The notes under the pieces were generated by a model. The model was not told the origin of the DNA. It ran no database searches and worked only from the letters and a program-made list of their open reading frames with translations. Of a DNA stretch of 64,000 nucleotides, positions 50,404 through 59,362 are shown in pieces. Numbering within the stretch: the first letter of the stretch is position 1; each line of letters begins with the position of its first letter. The position numbers and the translations under genes are program-made. This DNA comes from Bacteroidetes bacterium CG2_30_33_31 (GTDB lineage Bacteria; Bacteroidota; Bacteroidia; Bacteroidales; UBA1556). The stretch lies in the NCBI GenBank assembly GCA_001872625.1, contig MNXP01000029.1:19109-83108 (forward strand), read 5' to 3'.

Positions 50404-50583
50404 TTATTTATTGGTCTTAATACCAATAATTGGATACAATGGGCAGAAGCTAATGATTGCAGTTAGCAAAGGAACTATTCCTACCAAACCCCACCACGAT
50501 TTGAAATAAAGTCCTAAAACCCCAATTATTAATCCAAGAAAAACTCTAATAATTTTGTCTATTTTACCCACGTTTTTGCTCAT
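50404..50583 (-). CDS. DUF2892/YgaP-like small membrane protein (59 aa), missing from the ORF track
   Basis: MSKNVGKIDKIIRVFLGLIIGVLGLYFKSWWGLVGIVPLLTAIISFCPLYPIIGIKTNK. The DxxxR...G..P..T...FCP.Y motif is typical of this family, and the gene has its own terminator. One residue below the track cutoff. Confidence 0.7.
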   Translation of the reverse strand: MSKNVGKIDKIIRVFLGLIIGVLGLYFKSWWGLVGIVPLLTAIISFCPLYPIIGIKTNK

Positions 50584-50610
50584 ATCAAATATATTTATTG
50601 TTTATAATTG

Positions 50611-50618
50611 CAAAACTA
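50611..50618 (-). promoter_or_regulatory. -7 box TAGTTTTG upstream of the DUF2892-like gene
   Basis: Exact match 27 nt before the ATG at 50583. Two further TAnnTTTG matches are nearby, so the choice is uncertain. Confidence 0.3.
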
Positions 50619-50750
50619 AAGTTAATAGCAAAAATAGTTTGTAATTAAAGTCACATTCAAAAAATGATTTTTATTAGTCTTATAAAATTTCGCCATCACC
50701 ATCTAAATTGAAATTTAAATGAATTAAATATCATAATAAATTAACTGCAA

Positions 50751-50758
50751 TATCTTTG
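50751..50758 (+). promoter_or_regulatory. -7 box TATCTTTG upstream of the EF-G paralogue
   Basis: The only exact match in the upstream gap. It lies 126 nt before the ATG at 50885, which would give an unusually long leader for this window. Confidence 0.3.
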
Positions 50759-50884
50759 TATATTGCTGTTATTCAAGGTAATTAAAATTAATTTATTGAA
50801 AGCAGGCTGATTAAGCAAAAATTACTATTTTTACGGTTTTTATAATTTATATTCAAAACATAAACATATTTTAAATTATTAAAG

Positions 50885-53011
50885 ATGAAAGTATTTCAAA
50901 CAAACGAAGTTAAAAACATAGCGCTTATCGGCGGGTCTGGTTCAGGAAAAACCATTCTCGCCGAATCTATGCTATTCGACGGTAATATAATAAGCCGTCG
51001 CGGAAGTATTGAGGATAAAAATACAGTTTCGGATTATAGAGATATCGAAATTGAAAAAGGACATTCAATTACTTCAACATTGATGTACACCATATTAGAT
51101 GGCAAAAAAATTAATATTATAGATACTCCTGGCACTTCAGATTATGTAGGTGAGGTTACCTCTGCTATGCATGTTGCTGATACAGCTCTTTTAGTTGTAA
51201 ATGCACAACAAGGAGTGGATGTGGGTTCGGAAATTGCATGGCGAAATGCCACAAAATACCATTGCCCAGTTGTCTTTGTTATCAATCAGCTCGACCACGA
51301 AAAGTCGAGATTTAAAGAATCTATTGCCGAATTACGTGATTTCTTTGGCGACAAAATTACTCTTGCTCAATATCCTATTTCTGAAGGCGATGGTTTCAAT
51401 GCCATTATAGATTTAGTATTAATGAAAATGCTAAAATATGGTCCAGATGGCGGTGAAGCCGAAATTATGGATATTCCTGAATCGGAAAAAGCACAAGCCG
51501 ATGAACTTCATAAATCTCTTATAGAATCTGCAGCAGAAGCCTCAGAAGAGCTCATGGAAAAATATTTCGAAAATGATACCTTATCATTAGAAGATCTTCG
51601 CTTAGGCATTCGTCTTGGCATAGCCAACAGAGCTTATTTCCCCGTTTTTTGTATTTCTGCCAAAAAAAATATTGGCATCGCTAGATTAATGGAATTTGTT
51701 AATATGACATGCCCAAGTCCCGATGCACGACACTTTAAAACCGATGATGGAAAAGAACTTTATTGCAACCCCAGCGACCCAACATCAGTCTTTGTTTTCA
51801 AAACGTCCATAGAACCCCATTTAGGTGAAGTCTCATACTTTAAAGTTTACGGTGGACACGTAGAAGAAGGAATGGACTTAATAAATGGGCGCACTGGAAA
51901 CAAAGAAAGACTATCGCAACTTCTTGTAATTGCAGGAAAAAATCGTGAAAAAGTAGATAAATTTTTTGCTGGAGATATTGGCGCATCAATAAAATTAAAA
52001 GATACTCATACCAACGACACACTTAATGACCATGCTGTCAAATCTATGCAACTCGAAAAAATTGTTTACCCAGATCCAATTTTCTTTATTGCTGTTAAAG
52101 CAAAAGACTCAGCCGATGATGAAAAAGTTGGATTAATTCTCAATGAAACCAGCAAAATGGATCCATCATTCAGGGTTGGATATTCAAGAGAGCTAAAACA
52201 ATTGATTATTAGCGCAATGGGAGAAACTCATGTAAATACTGCAAAATGGTTTTTTGATAAAGTTCATAAAATTGACATAGAATTTATGCCAACAAAAATA
52301 CCATATCGCGAAACAATCACCAAATCTGCAAAAGCTGATTATCGACACAAAAAACAATCAGGAGGTTCTGGCCAATTTGGCGAAGTTCATCTTATGATTC
52401 AGCCTTATTTTGAGGGTTATAAAGACCCATCAGATTTAAATGTAAGAGGCAGCGAAACCCATGAACTCCCTTGGGGAGGAAAACTTATTTACAATAATTG
52501 TATTGTTGGAGGAGCAATTGATGCACGTTTTATGCCCGCAATTTTTAAAGGCATCATGGAGCGCATGGATACTGGTCCATTAACGGGCTCTTACGCTCGC
52601 GATATTATTGTGTATGTTTATGATGGGAAAATGCACCCTGTAGATTCCAATGAAATTTCTTTTAGACTCGCCGGAAGACATGCTTTCAGTGCAGCTTTCA
52701 AAAATGCTGGCCCAAAAATTATGGAACCAATTTACAATATGGAAATTATTGTTCCCGAAGATTATATGGGTGCTGTAATGACAGATTTACAAGGCCGAAG
52801 GGGTGTGATAATGGGAATGGATACCATTGGAAAAGCTCAACGAATTAAGGCAAAAGTTCCTTTGGCTGAACTCAATAAATATTCCACTTCACTAAGCTCA
52901 TCAACCTCTGGAAGAGGAACTTATAGTATGAGTTTTGACGAATATTCTCAGGTGCCAACAGAAATTCAAGCAACTTTACTTAAAAAGTACGAAGAAGAAG
53001 AAGAGGATTAA
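50885..53011 (+). CDS. Divergent elongation factor G paralogue (five-domain translational GTPase) with non-canonical G motifs
   Basis: 708 aa with EF-G domain order. G1 is GGSGSGKT. G3 is DTPGTSDY, where His is expected after DTPG. G4 is NQLD instead of NKxD. The domain IV/V regions are recognisable (HKKQSGGSGQFGEV, EPIYNMEIIVPEDYMGAVMTDLQGRRG). Confidence 0.8.
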   Translation: MKVFQTNEVKNIALIGGSGSGKTILAESMLFDGNIISRRGSIEDKNTVSDYRDIEIEKGHSITSTLMYTILDGKKINIIDTPGTSDYVGEVTSAMHVADTALLVVNAQQGVDVGSEIAWRNATKYHCPVVFVINQLDHEKSRFKESIAELRDFFGDKITLAQYPISEGDGFNAIIDLVLMKMLKYGPDGGEAEIMDIPESEKAQADELHKSLIESAAEASEELMEKYFENDTLSLEDLRLGIRLGIANRAYFPVFCISAKKNIGIARLMEFVNMTCPSPDARHFKTDDGKELYCNPSDPTSVFVFKTSIEPHLGEVSYFKVYGGHVEEGMDLINGRTGNKERLSQLLVIAGKNREKVDKFFAGDIGASIKLKDTHTNDTLNDHAVKSMQLEKIVYPDPIFFIAVKAKDSADDEKVGLILNETSKMDPSFRVGYSRELKQLIISAMGETHVNTAKWFFDKVHKIDIEFMPTKIPYRETITKSAKADYRHKKQSGGSGQFGEVHLMIQPYFEGYKDPSDLNVRGSETHELPWGGKLIYNNCIVGGAIDARFMPAIFKGIMERMDTGPLTGSYARDIIVYVYDGKMHPVDSNEISFRLAGRHAFSAAFKNAGPKIMEPIYNMEIIVPEDYMGAVMTDLQGRRGVIMGMDTIGKAQRIKAKVPLAELNKYSTSLSSSTSGRGTYSMSFDEYSQVPTEIQATLLKKYEEEEED

Positions 53012-53034
53012 TTTCTACAGTAATTAATTAAAAG

Positions 53035-53071
53035 CCCGATTTAATATTTTTTTTAAATCGGGGTTTTTTTT
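53035..53071 (+). terminator. Rho-independent terminator after the EF-G paralogue
   Basis: CCCGATTTA-N10-TAAATCGGG hairpin followed by a T8 run. The 3' arm plus T-run is partly duplicated immediately downstream (TAAATCGGGTTT). Confidence 0.7.
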
Positions 53072-53135
53072 AAATCGGGTTTAGTAAGTAGAGATTTAAT
53101 TTTGGCATTCATCTTTATGAAAGCGATTTTTTCTA

Positions 53136-53143
53136 TACTTTTG
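53136..53143 (+). promoter_or_regulatory. -7 box TACTTTTG upstream of kbl
   Basis: Exact match 40 nt before the ATG at 53184, downstream of the terminator at 53035-53071. Confidence 0.5.
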
Positions 53144-53183
53144 AGCAGATAAACTGAGTATTAATTTTCAAAATTTAAATAGC

Positions 53184-54374
53184 ATGTACAATCATTATCA
53201 GGAATTTTTAACCAATGCGATAGACAATATAAAAACCGCTGGTTTGTATAAAGGAGAGAGAATTATTGTTTCTCCACAACAAGCCGAAATAACTCTTTCA
53301 TCAGGGCAAAAAGTGCTAAACTTTTGCATGAATAATTATCTCGGACTTTCTAATAATAAAGAATTAATTGAAGCTGCAAAAGAAGCTCTCAATACTCATG
53401 GTTATGGAATGTCGTCAGTTAGATTTATTTGCGGAACTCAAGATTTACACAAAACTTTGGAGAAAAAAATTGCAGAATTTTTTGGTACCGAGGATACCAT
53501 ACTTTATGCTGCCGCCTTTGATGCCAATGGTGGAGTTTTTGAACCACTTTTGGATACAGAAGACGCCATAATTTCCGATTCCTTAAATCATGCTTCCATA
53601 ATTGACGGAGTTAGACTTTGCAAAGCTGAGCGCTATAGATACGAAAATGCTGATATGGAAGACCTTGAAAATCAATTGAAAGCAGCTCAAAAAAATCGTT
53701 TCCGTTTGATTGTTTCTGACGGAGTATTTTCTATGGATGGAAATGTAGCCTCGCTTGATAAAATGTTGCTCCTTGCAGAAAAGTATGACGCTATGATTAT
53801 GCTTGACGAGAGTCATTCGGCAGGTGTGGTTGGCAAAACTGGTAGAGGTGTTACTGAATTATATAATGCTAAGGGAAAAGTGGAAATTATTACCGGTACT
53901 TTGGGAAAAGCTTTTGGTGGCGCAGTTGGTGGATTTACCACTGGCAAGAAGGAGATTATTGAATTTTTACGACAGCGCTCAAGGCCATATTTATTTTCTA
54001 ATAGCCTTCCACCCATGATTGTAAATGCTGGAATAAAGACTTTTGATATGGTTTCTAAAACGACAACTCATCAAGACAAACTCCATAAAAACACCAATTA
54101 TTTTATGGAAAAAATGAGCTCGCTGGGTTTTGATTTAAAACCCACAAAATCAGCTATTTGCGCTGTGATGCTTTATGATGCTAAGCTTGCACAGACTTTT
54201 GCTGCTAAACTTTTAGAAGAGGGAATTTACGTTATTGGATTTTCTTTTCCTGTTGTTGCAAATGGTCAGGCGCGTATTCGTGTTCAACTTTCAGCAGCTC
54301 ACCAAACGGAACATATTGATAAATGCGTGAAAGCATTTGCTAAAGTTGGTAAAGATTTAGGAGTTTTAAAATAG
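53184..54374 (+). CDS. kbl: Glycine C-acetyltransferase (2-amino-3-ketobutyrate CoA ligase)
   Basis: 396 aa alpha-oxoamine synthase. VLNFCMNNYLGL, SDSLNHASIIDG, DESHSAGVVG and TLGKAFGG (PLP-Lys). The N-terminal context (AGLYKGERII.SPQ) is typical of Kbl. Confidence 0.88.
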   Translation: MYNHYQEFLTNAIDNIKTAGLYKGERIIVSPQQAEITLSSGQKVLNFCMNNYLGLSNNKELIEAAKEALNTHGYGMSSVRFICGTQDLHKTLEKKIAEFFGTEDTILYAAAFDANGGVFEPLLDTEDAIISDSLNHASIIDGVRLCKAERYRYENADMEDLENQLKAAQKNRFRLIVSDGVFSMDGNVASLDKMLLLAEKYDAMIMLDESHSAGVVGKTGRGVTELYNAKGKVEIITGTLGKAFGGAVGGFTTGKKEIIEFLRQRSRPYLFSNSLPPMIVNAGIKTFDMVSKTTTHQDKLHKNTNYFMEKMSSLGFDLKPTKSAICAVMLYDAKLAQTFAAKLLEEGIYVIGFSFPVVANGQARIRVQLSAAHQTEHIDKCVKAFAKVGKDLGVLK

Positions 54375-54390
54375 GATTTCATTTTAAATT

Positions 54391-54429
54391 AAAAAGGCAG
54401 AATAATCTAATTGATATTCTGCCTTTTTT
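54391..54429. terminator. Bidirectional terminator between convergent kbl and the membrane-protein gene
   Basis: A5-GGCAGAATA-N10-TATTCTGCC-T6, a perfect 9-bp stem flanked by A and T runs. Confidence 0.7.
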
Positions 54430-54457
54430 GTATAAAATTATTACAAATAAATCTAAA

Positions 54458-54955
54458 TCATTGTTCTTCTTCGGTATGAGAGTGATGATGATGCCGATTT
54501 GCTGAGCGGCTATTTACTTCTTTGTAAGCATCTTCTCTTTTCATAAATGTAAGATCTTTTGGCCTCACATCTTTAACCTTTGATGATTTTACATGACGGA
54601 AATGTCGGCTAAGATAATATATTGAAACAGATATAAGCAGAAAGTAATCTGCAAGATCTATAATATCTAAAACTCTAAAAACTACCTGAGATATAAATAT
54701 TAAAATTTTAAAAGTGCTTCCAACAATAATAGTGGCAAAAGCAGCAATTTTAAAGATATTTTTTTCCAGCACAGAAAGCGCCAAACTGTAGATTAATATT
54801 AGAATTATTTTAACCAAAAACCCCAAATTTAATCCACCTACGCTGCCTAAAGTATTGACAATAAACTCTTCAAAAAACATTGAAGCTACAAAAATTATTA
54901 CTGCTGCTTTTAAGAGCCACTCTGTTATAACCGAATTTTTATCTCTAATGTCCAT
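54458..54955 (-). CDS. Membrane protein (4-5 TM) with a C-terminal His-rich tail
   Basis: 165 aa. Hydrophobic helices are followed by ...SANRHHHHSHTEEEQ at the C terminus. Confidence 0.5.
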   Translation of the reverse strand: MDIRDKNSVITEWLLKAAVIIFVASMFFEEFIVNTLGSVGGLNLGFLVKIILILIYSLALSVLEKNIFKIAAFATIIVGSTFKILIFISQVVFRVLDIIDLADYFLLISVSIYYLSRHFRHVKSSKVKDVRPKDLTFMKREDAYKEVNSRSANRHHHHSHTEEEQ

Positions 54956-55009
54956 AATTGTAGTTTTAAAAGATTAAAAGTAAATTTTTTTTTTAATATA
55001 CCAGCAAAA

Positions 55010-56431
55010 TTATCTAACTAAAATTCTTGGTTCCATCATCTCCAAAATGGAATATTTAACACCCTCTCTTCCGAGACCTGAGTTTTTTATGCCGCCGTAT
55101 GGCGCATGGTCAACTCTGAATGTGGGAACGTCATTTATTATTACACCACCAACTTCAATGTTTTTGTGAGCGTAGTCCATTTCCGAAATTATATTAGTGA
55201 AAACACCAGCTTGCAATCCAAAGTCGCTTTCATTTATTTCATCAACGGCAGATTCAAAGGATGTCACTGATTCTAAAGTTACAACGGGGCCAAACACTTC
55301 CAAGGCACAAACTTTCATTTTCGAATTTGTTTTAGTCAAAACCGTTGGTTCATAATAATTTCCCTCGCGATGACCACCGCAAAGCAATTTTGCATCCTCA
55401 GAAATAGCCTCATTTACCCAGCTTTCAACCCTTTGAGAATTATTTTCGTCAATCATAGAAGATATTTCGGTAGTTTCTTCATTAGGAGATCCGCGTTTTA
55501 GACGTTTTACTTTTTCAACAAATTTATTTGAAAATTCTTCGAAAATTTCTTCCAACACAAAAATACGTTGAGCATGAATGCAAACCTGTCCACTATAAGC
55601 AAAAGCACCAATTAAACAGCGTTCCACAGCATGATTAATATCTGCAGAACCAGTAACTATAACTCCTGCATTGCCACCTAATTCCAAAAGAACTTTTTTC
55701 TTTCCAGCTTGCGACTTCATTTTCCAACCCACTTGCGGAGAACCAGTGAATGAGAGCATTTTTATTCTTTCATCTTGAACCATGAGATTTCCAATAATTC
55801 TGTTCATTGGCAAAATGGAAACAGCTCCTTTGGGCAAATTACATTTATCAATAATTCGTGCCAAGGCGAGGGTTGAAAGAGGAGTAGAAGAAGAGGGCTT
55901 TAGAATTATTGGACAAGCAGAAGCTATTGCTGGAGCTATTTTGTGTACAGCCAAATTCAACGGAAAATTAAAAGGAGAAATGCCTGCTACAACTCCAATT
56001 GGAAAATATTTTACTAAGCCTTGCTTCCCCTGGCCAGCTTTTGTCCAATCTAAACTCAAAGATTCACTTGGCAATCTTTTGGATTCTTCGGCGGCAACAA
56101 TAAAAGTTTGGATGGCTCTTTCAACTTCACCTTTTGCATAGCGCATCGGCTTGGCAGATTCATAAGAAAGCGTTTTTGCAAAATAATCTTTGAAATTTTT
56201 TAGTTCCTTAGCGATTAGCATTAATGCTTCATAACGAACGAAAGATGGCAATTCTGATAGAGGTTTTCTTGCTTGTAAAGCTAAAGTAATTGCGGTTTCA
56301 AGTTCTTGATTACCAGCCAAAAAAGTGTTAGCGATTACTTCTCCAGAAAATGGATTCTTTACTTCTAATATTTCTTTGGTGGAGATAAATTCACCGGCTA
56401 AATAAATTTTATAATCTTCATTCTCTTTCAT
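55010..56431 (-). CDS. Aldehyde dehydrogenase family protein (GapN/lactaldehyde-DH-like)
   Basis: 473 aa. ELGGNAG and GQVCIHAQR (catalytic Cys), SFTGS. The C terminus ends ...EPRILVR. Confidence 0.8.
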   Translation of the reverse strand: MKENEDYKIYLAGEFISTKEILEVKNPFSGEVIANTFLAGNQELETAITLALQARKPLSELPSFVRYEALMLIAKELKNFKDYFAKTLSYESAKPMRYAKGEVERAIQTFIVAAEESKRLPSESLSLDWTKAGQGKQGLVKYFPIGVVAGISPFNFPLNLAVHKIAPAIASACPIILKPSSSTPLSTLALARIIDKCNLPKGAVSILPMNRIIGNLMVQDERIKMLSFTGSPQVGWKMKSQAGKKKVLLELGGNAGVIVTGSADINHAVERCLIGAFAYSGQVCIHAQRIFVLEEIFEEFSNKFVEKVKRLKRGSPNEETTEISSMIDENNSQRVESWVNEAISEDAKLLCGGHREGNYYEPTVLTKTNSKMKVCALEVFGPVVTLESVTSFESAVDEINESDFGLQAGVFTNIISEMDYAHKNIEVGGVIINDVPTFRVDHAPYGGIKNSGLGREGVKYSILEMMEPRILVR

Positions 56432-56449
56432 TTTATTCTCTTATAGATT

Positions 56450-57541
56450 TTATAATTTATCGTCGTTCATAATTTTTGTTTGAATTTGTATAGATTCCTT
56501 GTGAACAAGTTGTAATAATTTTAGCAAAAATTTATTGTCGAGACCTAACTCGTTACCAGTTTTCAATCTCGATTTTATCATTTTGCGGAGTCTATCAATT
56601 TGCAAAATTGTGATATTATTTTCTTTTTTATAACGACCTATTTCTTCGATTTTGCCCATGCGTCGATAGAGAATTTGCAATAATTCGCTGTCGATATCAT
56701 CGACTTCTCTTCTAATATTTTCGAGCATTATTTCGAAGTCGTTACTGCCATATTCTTTTCTGATTATCAGATTGTTGAGAAGAGTTTTCAAATCAGCAGG
56801 TTTGAGTTGTTGGGCAGCATCAGTTTTTGCATTCGATGGATTTATATGCGATTCAATCATCAGTCCATCCATAGCTAAATCGAAAGATTTTTGAGCAATT
56901 TCGAACAGCAATTCTCTTCTTCCACTAATATGAGAGGGATCACAAATAATAGGCAAATTGGGAATCAAGCGCTTTAATTCAATAGGAATTTCCCACATAG
57001 GTAAATTTCGATATGGCCCATTATCATAATTAAAAAAACCGCGATGAACGGCTGCAATTTTTGTAATACCCACAGCATTAATTCTTTCCAGAGCACCTAT
57101 CCAAAGTTTTATATCGGGATGCAGAGGATTTTTAACCAAAACAGGAATTTTTACTCCACGCAGAGCTTCTGCCAATTCTTGAACAGAGAAAGGGTTGGCT
57201 GTAGTGCGAGCTCCAATCCAAACCATGTCGATGCCAGCGCCTAAGCATTTCTCTATATGTTTTGGTTTAGCAACCTCAACAACCATTTTAAGTCCTGTTT
57301 CTTTTTTTGCCTCTTCAAGCCACGGCAGAGCAGCAGAGCCTACTCCTTCGAAACCGTCGGGGCGAGTTCGAGGCTTCCAAAGGCCAGCTCTGTAATATTT
57401 TACTTTCGATATTTTAGCTAATTCTATTGCCGTTTGCATCACTTGTTCTTGGCTTTCGGCACTACATGGACCGGCTATTACCAACGGGAAATCGGAACTT
57501 TTAAAATCTTCAATTGTGGAAATATCTATATTTGTGCTCAT
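56450..57541 (-). CDS. Bifunctional 3-deoxy-7-phosphoheptulonate (DAHP) synthase / chorismate mutase type II
   Basis: The N-terminal KDO8P/DAHP-synthase Ib barrel shows AGPCSAES, WKPRT and CDPSH. The C-terminal ~90 aa CM_2 helices show IRREVDDIDSELLQILYRRM. Confidence 0.85.
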   Translation of the reverse strand: MSTNIDISTIEDFKSSDFPLVIAGPCSAESQEQVMQTAIELAKISKVKYYRAGLWKPRTRPDGFEGVGSAALPWLEEAKKETGLKMVVEVAKPKHIEKCLGAGIDMVWIGARTTANPFSVQELAEALRGVKIPVLVKNPLHPDIKLWIGALERINAVGITKIAAVHRGFFNYDNGPYRNLPMWEIPIELKRLIPNLPIICDPSHISGRRELLFEIAQKSFDLAMDGLMIESHINPSNAKTDAAQQLKPADLKTLLNNLIIRKEYGSNDFEIMLENIRREVDDIDSELLQILYRRMGKIEEIGRYKKENNITILQIDRLRKMIKSRLKTGNELGLDNKFLLKLLQLVHKESIQIQTKIMNDDKL

Positions 57542-57576
57542 CTTTTAAATTTGAATAATTCAATATATTGAACTCA

Positions 57577-57584
57577 CAAAATTA
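57577..57584 (-). promoter_or_regulatory. -7 box TAATTTTG upstream of the DAHP synthase / ALDH operon
   Basis: Exact match on the minus strand 35 nt before the ATG at 57541. Confidence 0.45.
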
Positions 57585-57726
57585 GTTTATTATCAGTAAA
57601 ACCAAATTTTAAAGTTTTTAGCTTTAAGATTTTGAATCCATAATTAAAAGGCATTTAATTTTTTTTATAAAAGAAGTTTTAAATACAAATATTTTGTAAT
57701 ATTCCGGTCTAATAAATATATGAAAT

Positions 57727-58527
57727 ATGAACAATTTTTTTGATTTTAATGGTGGCAAAATACATTATACCTGCAATGGTGAAGGCAAGCCAGTAGTGCT
57801 TTTGCACGGTTTTTTGGAGAGTCTTAATATCTGGAAAGATTTTGAAGAAAAGCTATCGAAAACTTATAAAGTTGTTGCCATCGACTTGCCAGGACATGGA
57901 GAGTCTTCAAATTATGGCAGCCGAGTTACTATGGAGATTATGGCAGATGCTGTGAAGCAGCTTTTGCAGCTGCTTAATATTGAAAAATCTGTTATAATTG
58001 GGCATTCAATGGGAGGTTATGTGAGTTTGGCATTTGTGCGCGATTATCCAAATATGGCTGTGGGGCTTGGTTTGTTTCATTCGCATGCTGCCTCAGATTC
58101 CGCCGAGGCAAAAATAAATAGAGGTAGAGCAATAAAAGTTGTGGAAGAAAACCATATAGATTTCATTGCAGCATTTATTCCAGACCTTTTCTGTGCAAAA
58201 TATCGACAGGATTTCAATGCTGAGATTTTGCTTCTTCAAGATGATGCAAAAAAAATGAAAAAAAATGGAATTATTGGAGCATTGTCAGGAATGAGAGAAA
58301 GACATGACTGCACTAACTTACTAAAATCCACGCAATTGCCAGTAATGTTTATTATTGGTAAAAATGATATAAGAAGCCCAAAAGAGGCAATAATGAACCA
58401 AATTTTTATGCCGAAAAACTCACACATTTTAATTCTTGAAGACGTGGCTCACATGGGATTTATTGAAGCTTTTGATGAGACATCGAATTTTTTAAATTCG
58501 TTTATAAATGAATGTTATTTAACATAA
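57727..58527 (+). CDS. Alpha/beta-fold hydrolase
   Basis: HGF oxyanion region (VVLLHGFLES), the nucleophile elbow GHSMGG, and a C-terminal His (VAHMG). Confidence 0.85.
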   Translation: MNNFFDFNGGKIHYTCNGEGKPVVLLHGFLESLNIWKDFEEKLSKTYKVVAIDLPGHGESSNYGSRVTMEIMADAVKQLLQLLNIEKSVIIGHSMGGYVSLAFVRDYPNMAVGLGLFHSHAASDSAEAKINRGRAIKVVEENHIDFIAAFIPDLFCAKYRQDFNAEILLLQDDAKKMKKNGIIGALSGMRERHDCTNLLKSTQLPVMFIIGKNDIRSPKEAIMNQIFMPKNSHILILEDVAHMGFIEAFDETSNFLNSFINECYLT

Positions 58528-58582
58528 ATGAATATTATGTAACAAATTCTAAAATATTCATCAAATATATTAATAATTTAAT

Positions 58583-58590
58583 TATTTTTG
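58583..58590 (+). promoter_or_regulatory. -7 box TATTTTTG upstream of the ACT-domain gene
   Basis: Exact match 28 nt before the ATG at 58619. Confidence 0.45.
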
Positions 58591-58618
58591 TTCTTTAATT
58601 ATTTAAGAAAAATGAAAT

Positions 58619-59284
58619 ATGACAACAATTAGCGAGTCTGTTAATGAAATTGTAAGTAGAAAACCTTTTTTGGAAGAAACTCTTGCCACTGGATTGATAA
58701 ATTTATCTTCTTTGGCTCGCGAAATTCAGCCAGAAGTTTGCGAAAAACTTAATAAAGATGTTAAGCATGGTGCGATAGTTATGGCACTAAAAAGGCTGAA
58801 ACCCACAATAAATTTTCAGATTAACCGACGTGTAAAAAAAATTATTGGTCTTATGGGGGATATAATTGTGAGGTCGAACCTTGCTGATTACACCTACAGA
58901 AATTCGCCCAATCTTATAAAAGCACAAACAAAATTGTTGGAATTTATTAGCAAGCGCGACGAAGTATTTTTCACTTTCTCAAAGGGGATTTATGAATCTA
59001 CATTGATTTTGAGTGATAGCATTGAAAATGAAGTTTATAGCATCTTTAAAGAAGAAACTTTGAGTTATCATTTTAAGAATTTGTCTTCAATTACTATTAA
59101 ATTGCCTGAAGAAAATTCCCAAGTTTATGGCGTTTATTATCATATTTTGAAAAAGCTTGCTTACGAAGGCATTAATATCTTGGAAATTGTCTCAACCACT
59201 CATGAATTTACTGTAATTGTGCACGATGATGATGTTGATTCTGCTTTCTCTGTTTTAAAAAACCTTAAAAACGAAAAAATTTAG
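58619..59284 (+). CDS. ACT-domain-containing protein (aspartokinase regulatory-domain-like), function unknown
   Basis: 221 aa. The C-terminal VYGVYYHILKKLAYEGINILEIVSTTHEFTVIVHDDDVDSAFSVLKNL resembles an ACT fold. Confidence 0.4.
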   Translation: MTTISESVNEIVSRKPFLEETLATGLINLSSLAREIQPEVCEKLNKDVKHGAIVMALKRLKPTINFQINRRVKKIIGLMGDIIVRSNLADYTYRNSPNLIKAQTKLLEFISKRDEVFFTFSKGIYESTLILSDSIENEVYSIFKEETLSYHFKNLSSITIKLPEENSQVYGVYYHILKKLAYEGINILEIVSTTHEFTVIVHDDDVDSAFSVLKNLKNEKI

Positions 59285-59362
59285 GTCAGTATTAAATATT
59301 TTAAATCCTTATGGCTACTGGAAATTAAGATAAAGGCTTATTTTGGCTAAGGGAAAGAATTT

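Noticed and set aside
55782-57395. Plus-strand ORFs 55782-56141, 57044-57244 and 57195-57395 opposite the ALDH and DAHP synthase genes
   Set aside because: They are nested antisense frames with no motifs, while the minus-strand genes carry unambiguous catalytic motifs. The other short track ORFs are treated the same way (1128-1370, 1380-1652, 2561-2791, 3041-3247, 6656-6901, 9118-9414, 22454-22853, 24863-25363 and the rest).
57551-57563. 13-nt palindrome TTGAATAATTCAA between the -7 box and the ATG of the DAHP synthase operon
   Set aside because: It has 6-bp AT-rich arms only, and palindromes of this size are common in DNA this AT-rich. It may be an operator, but the sequence alone gives no support.
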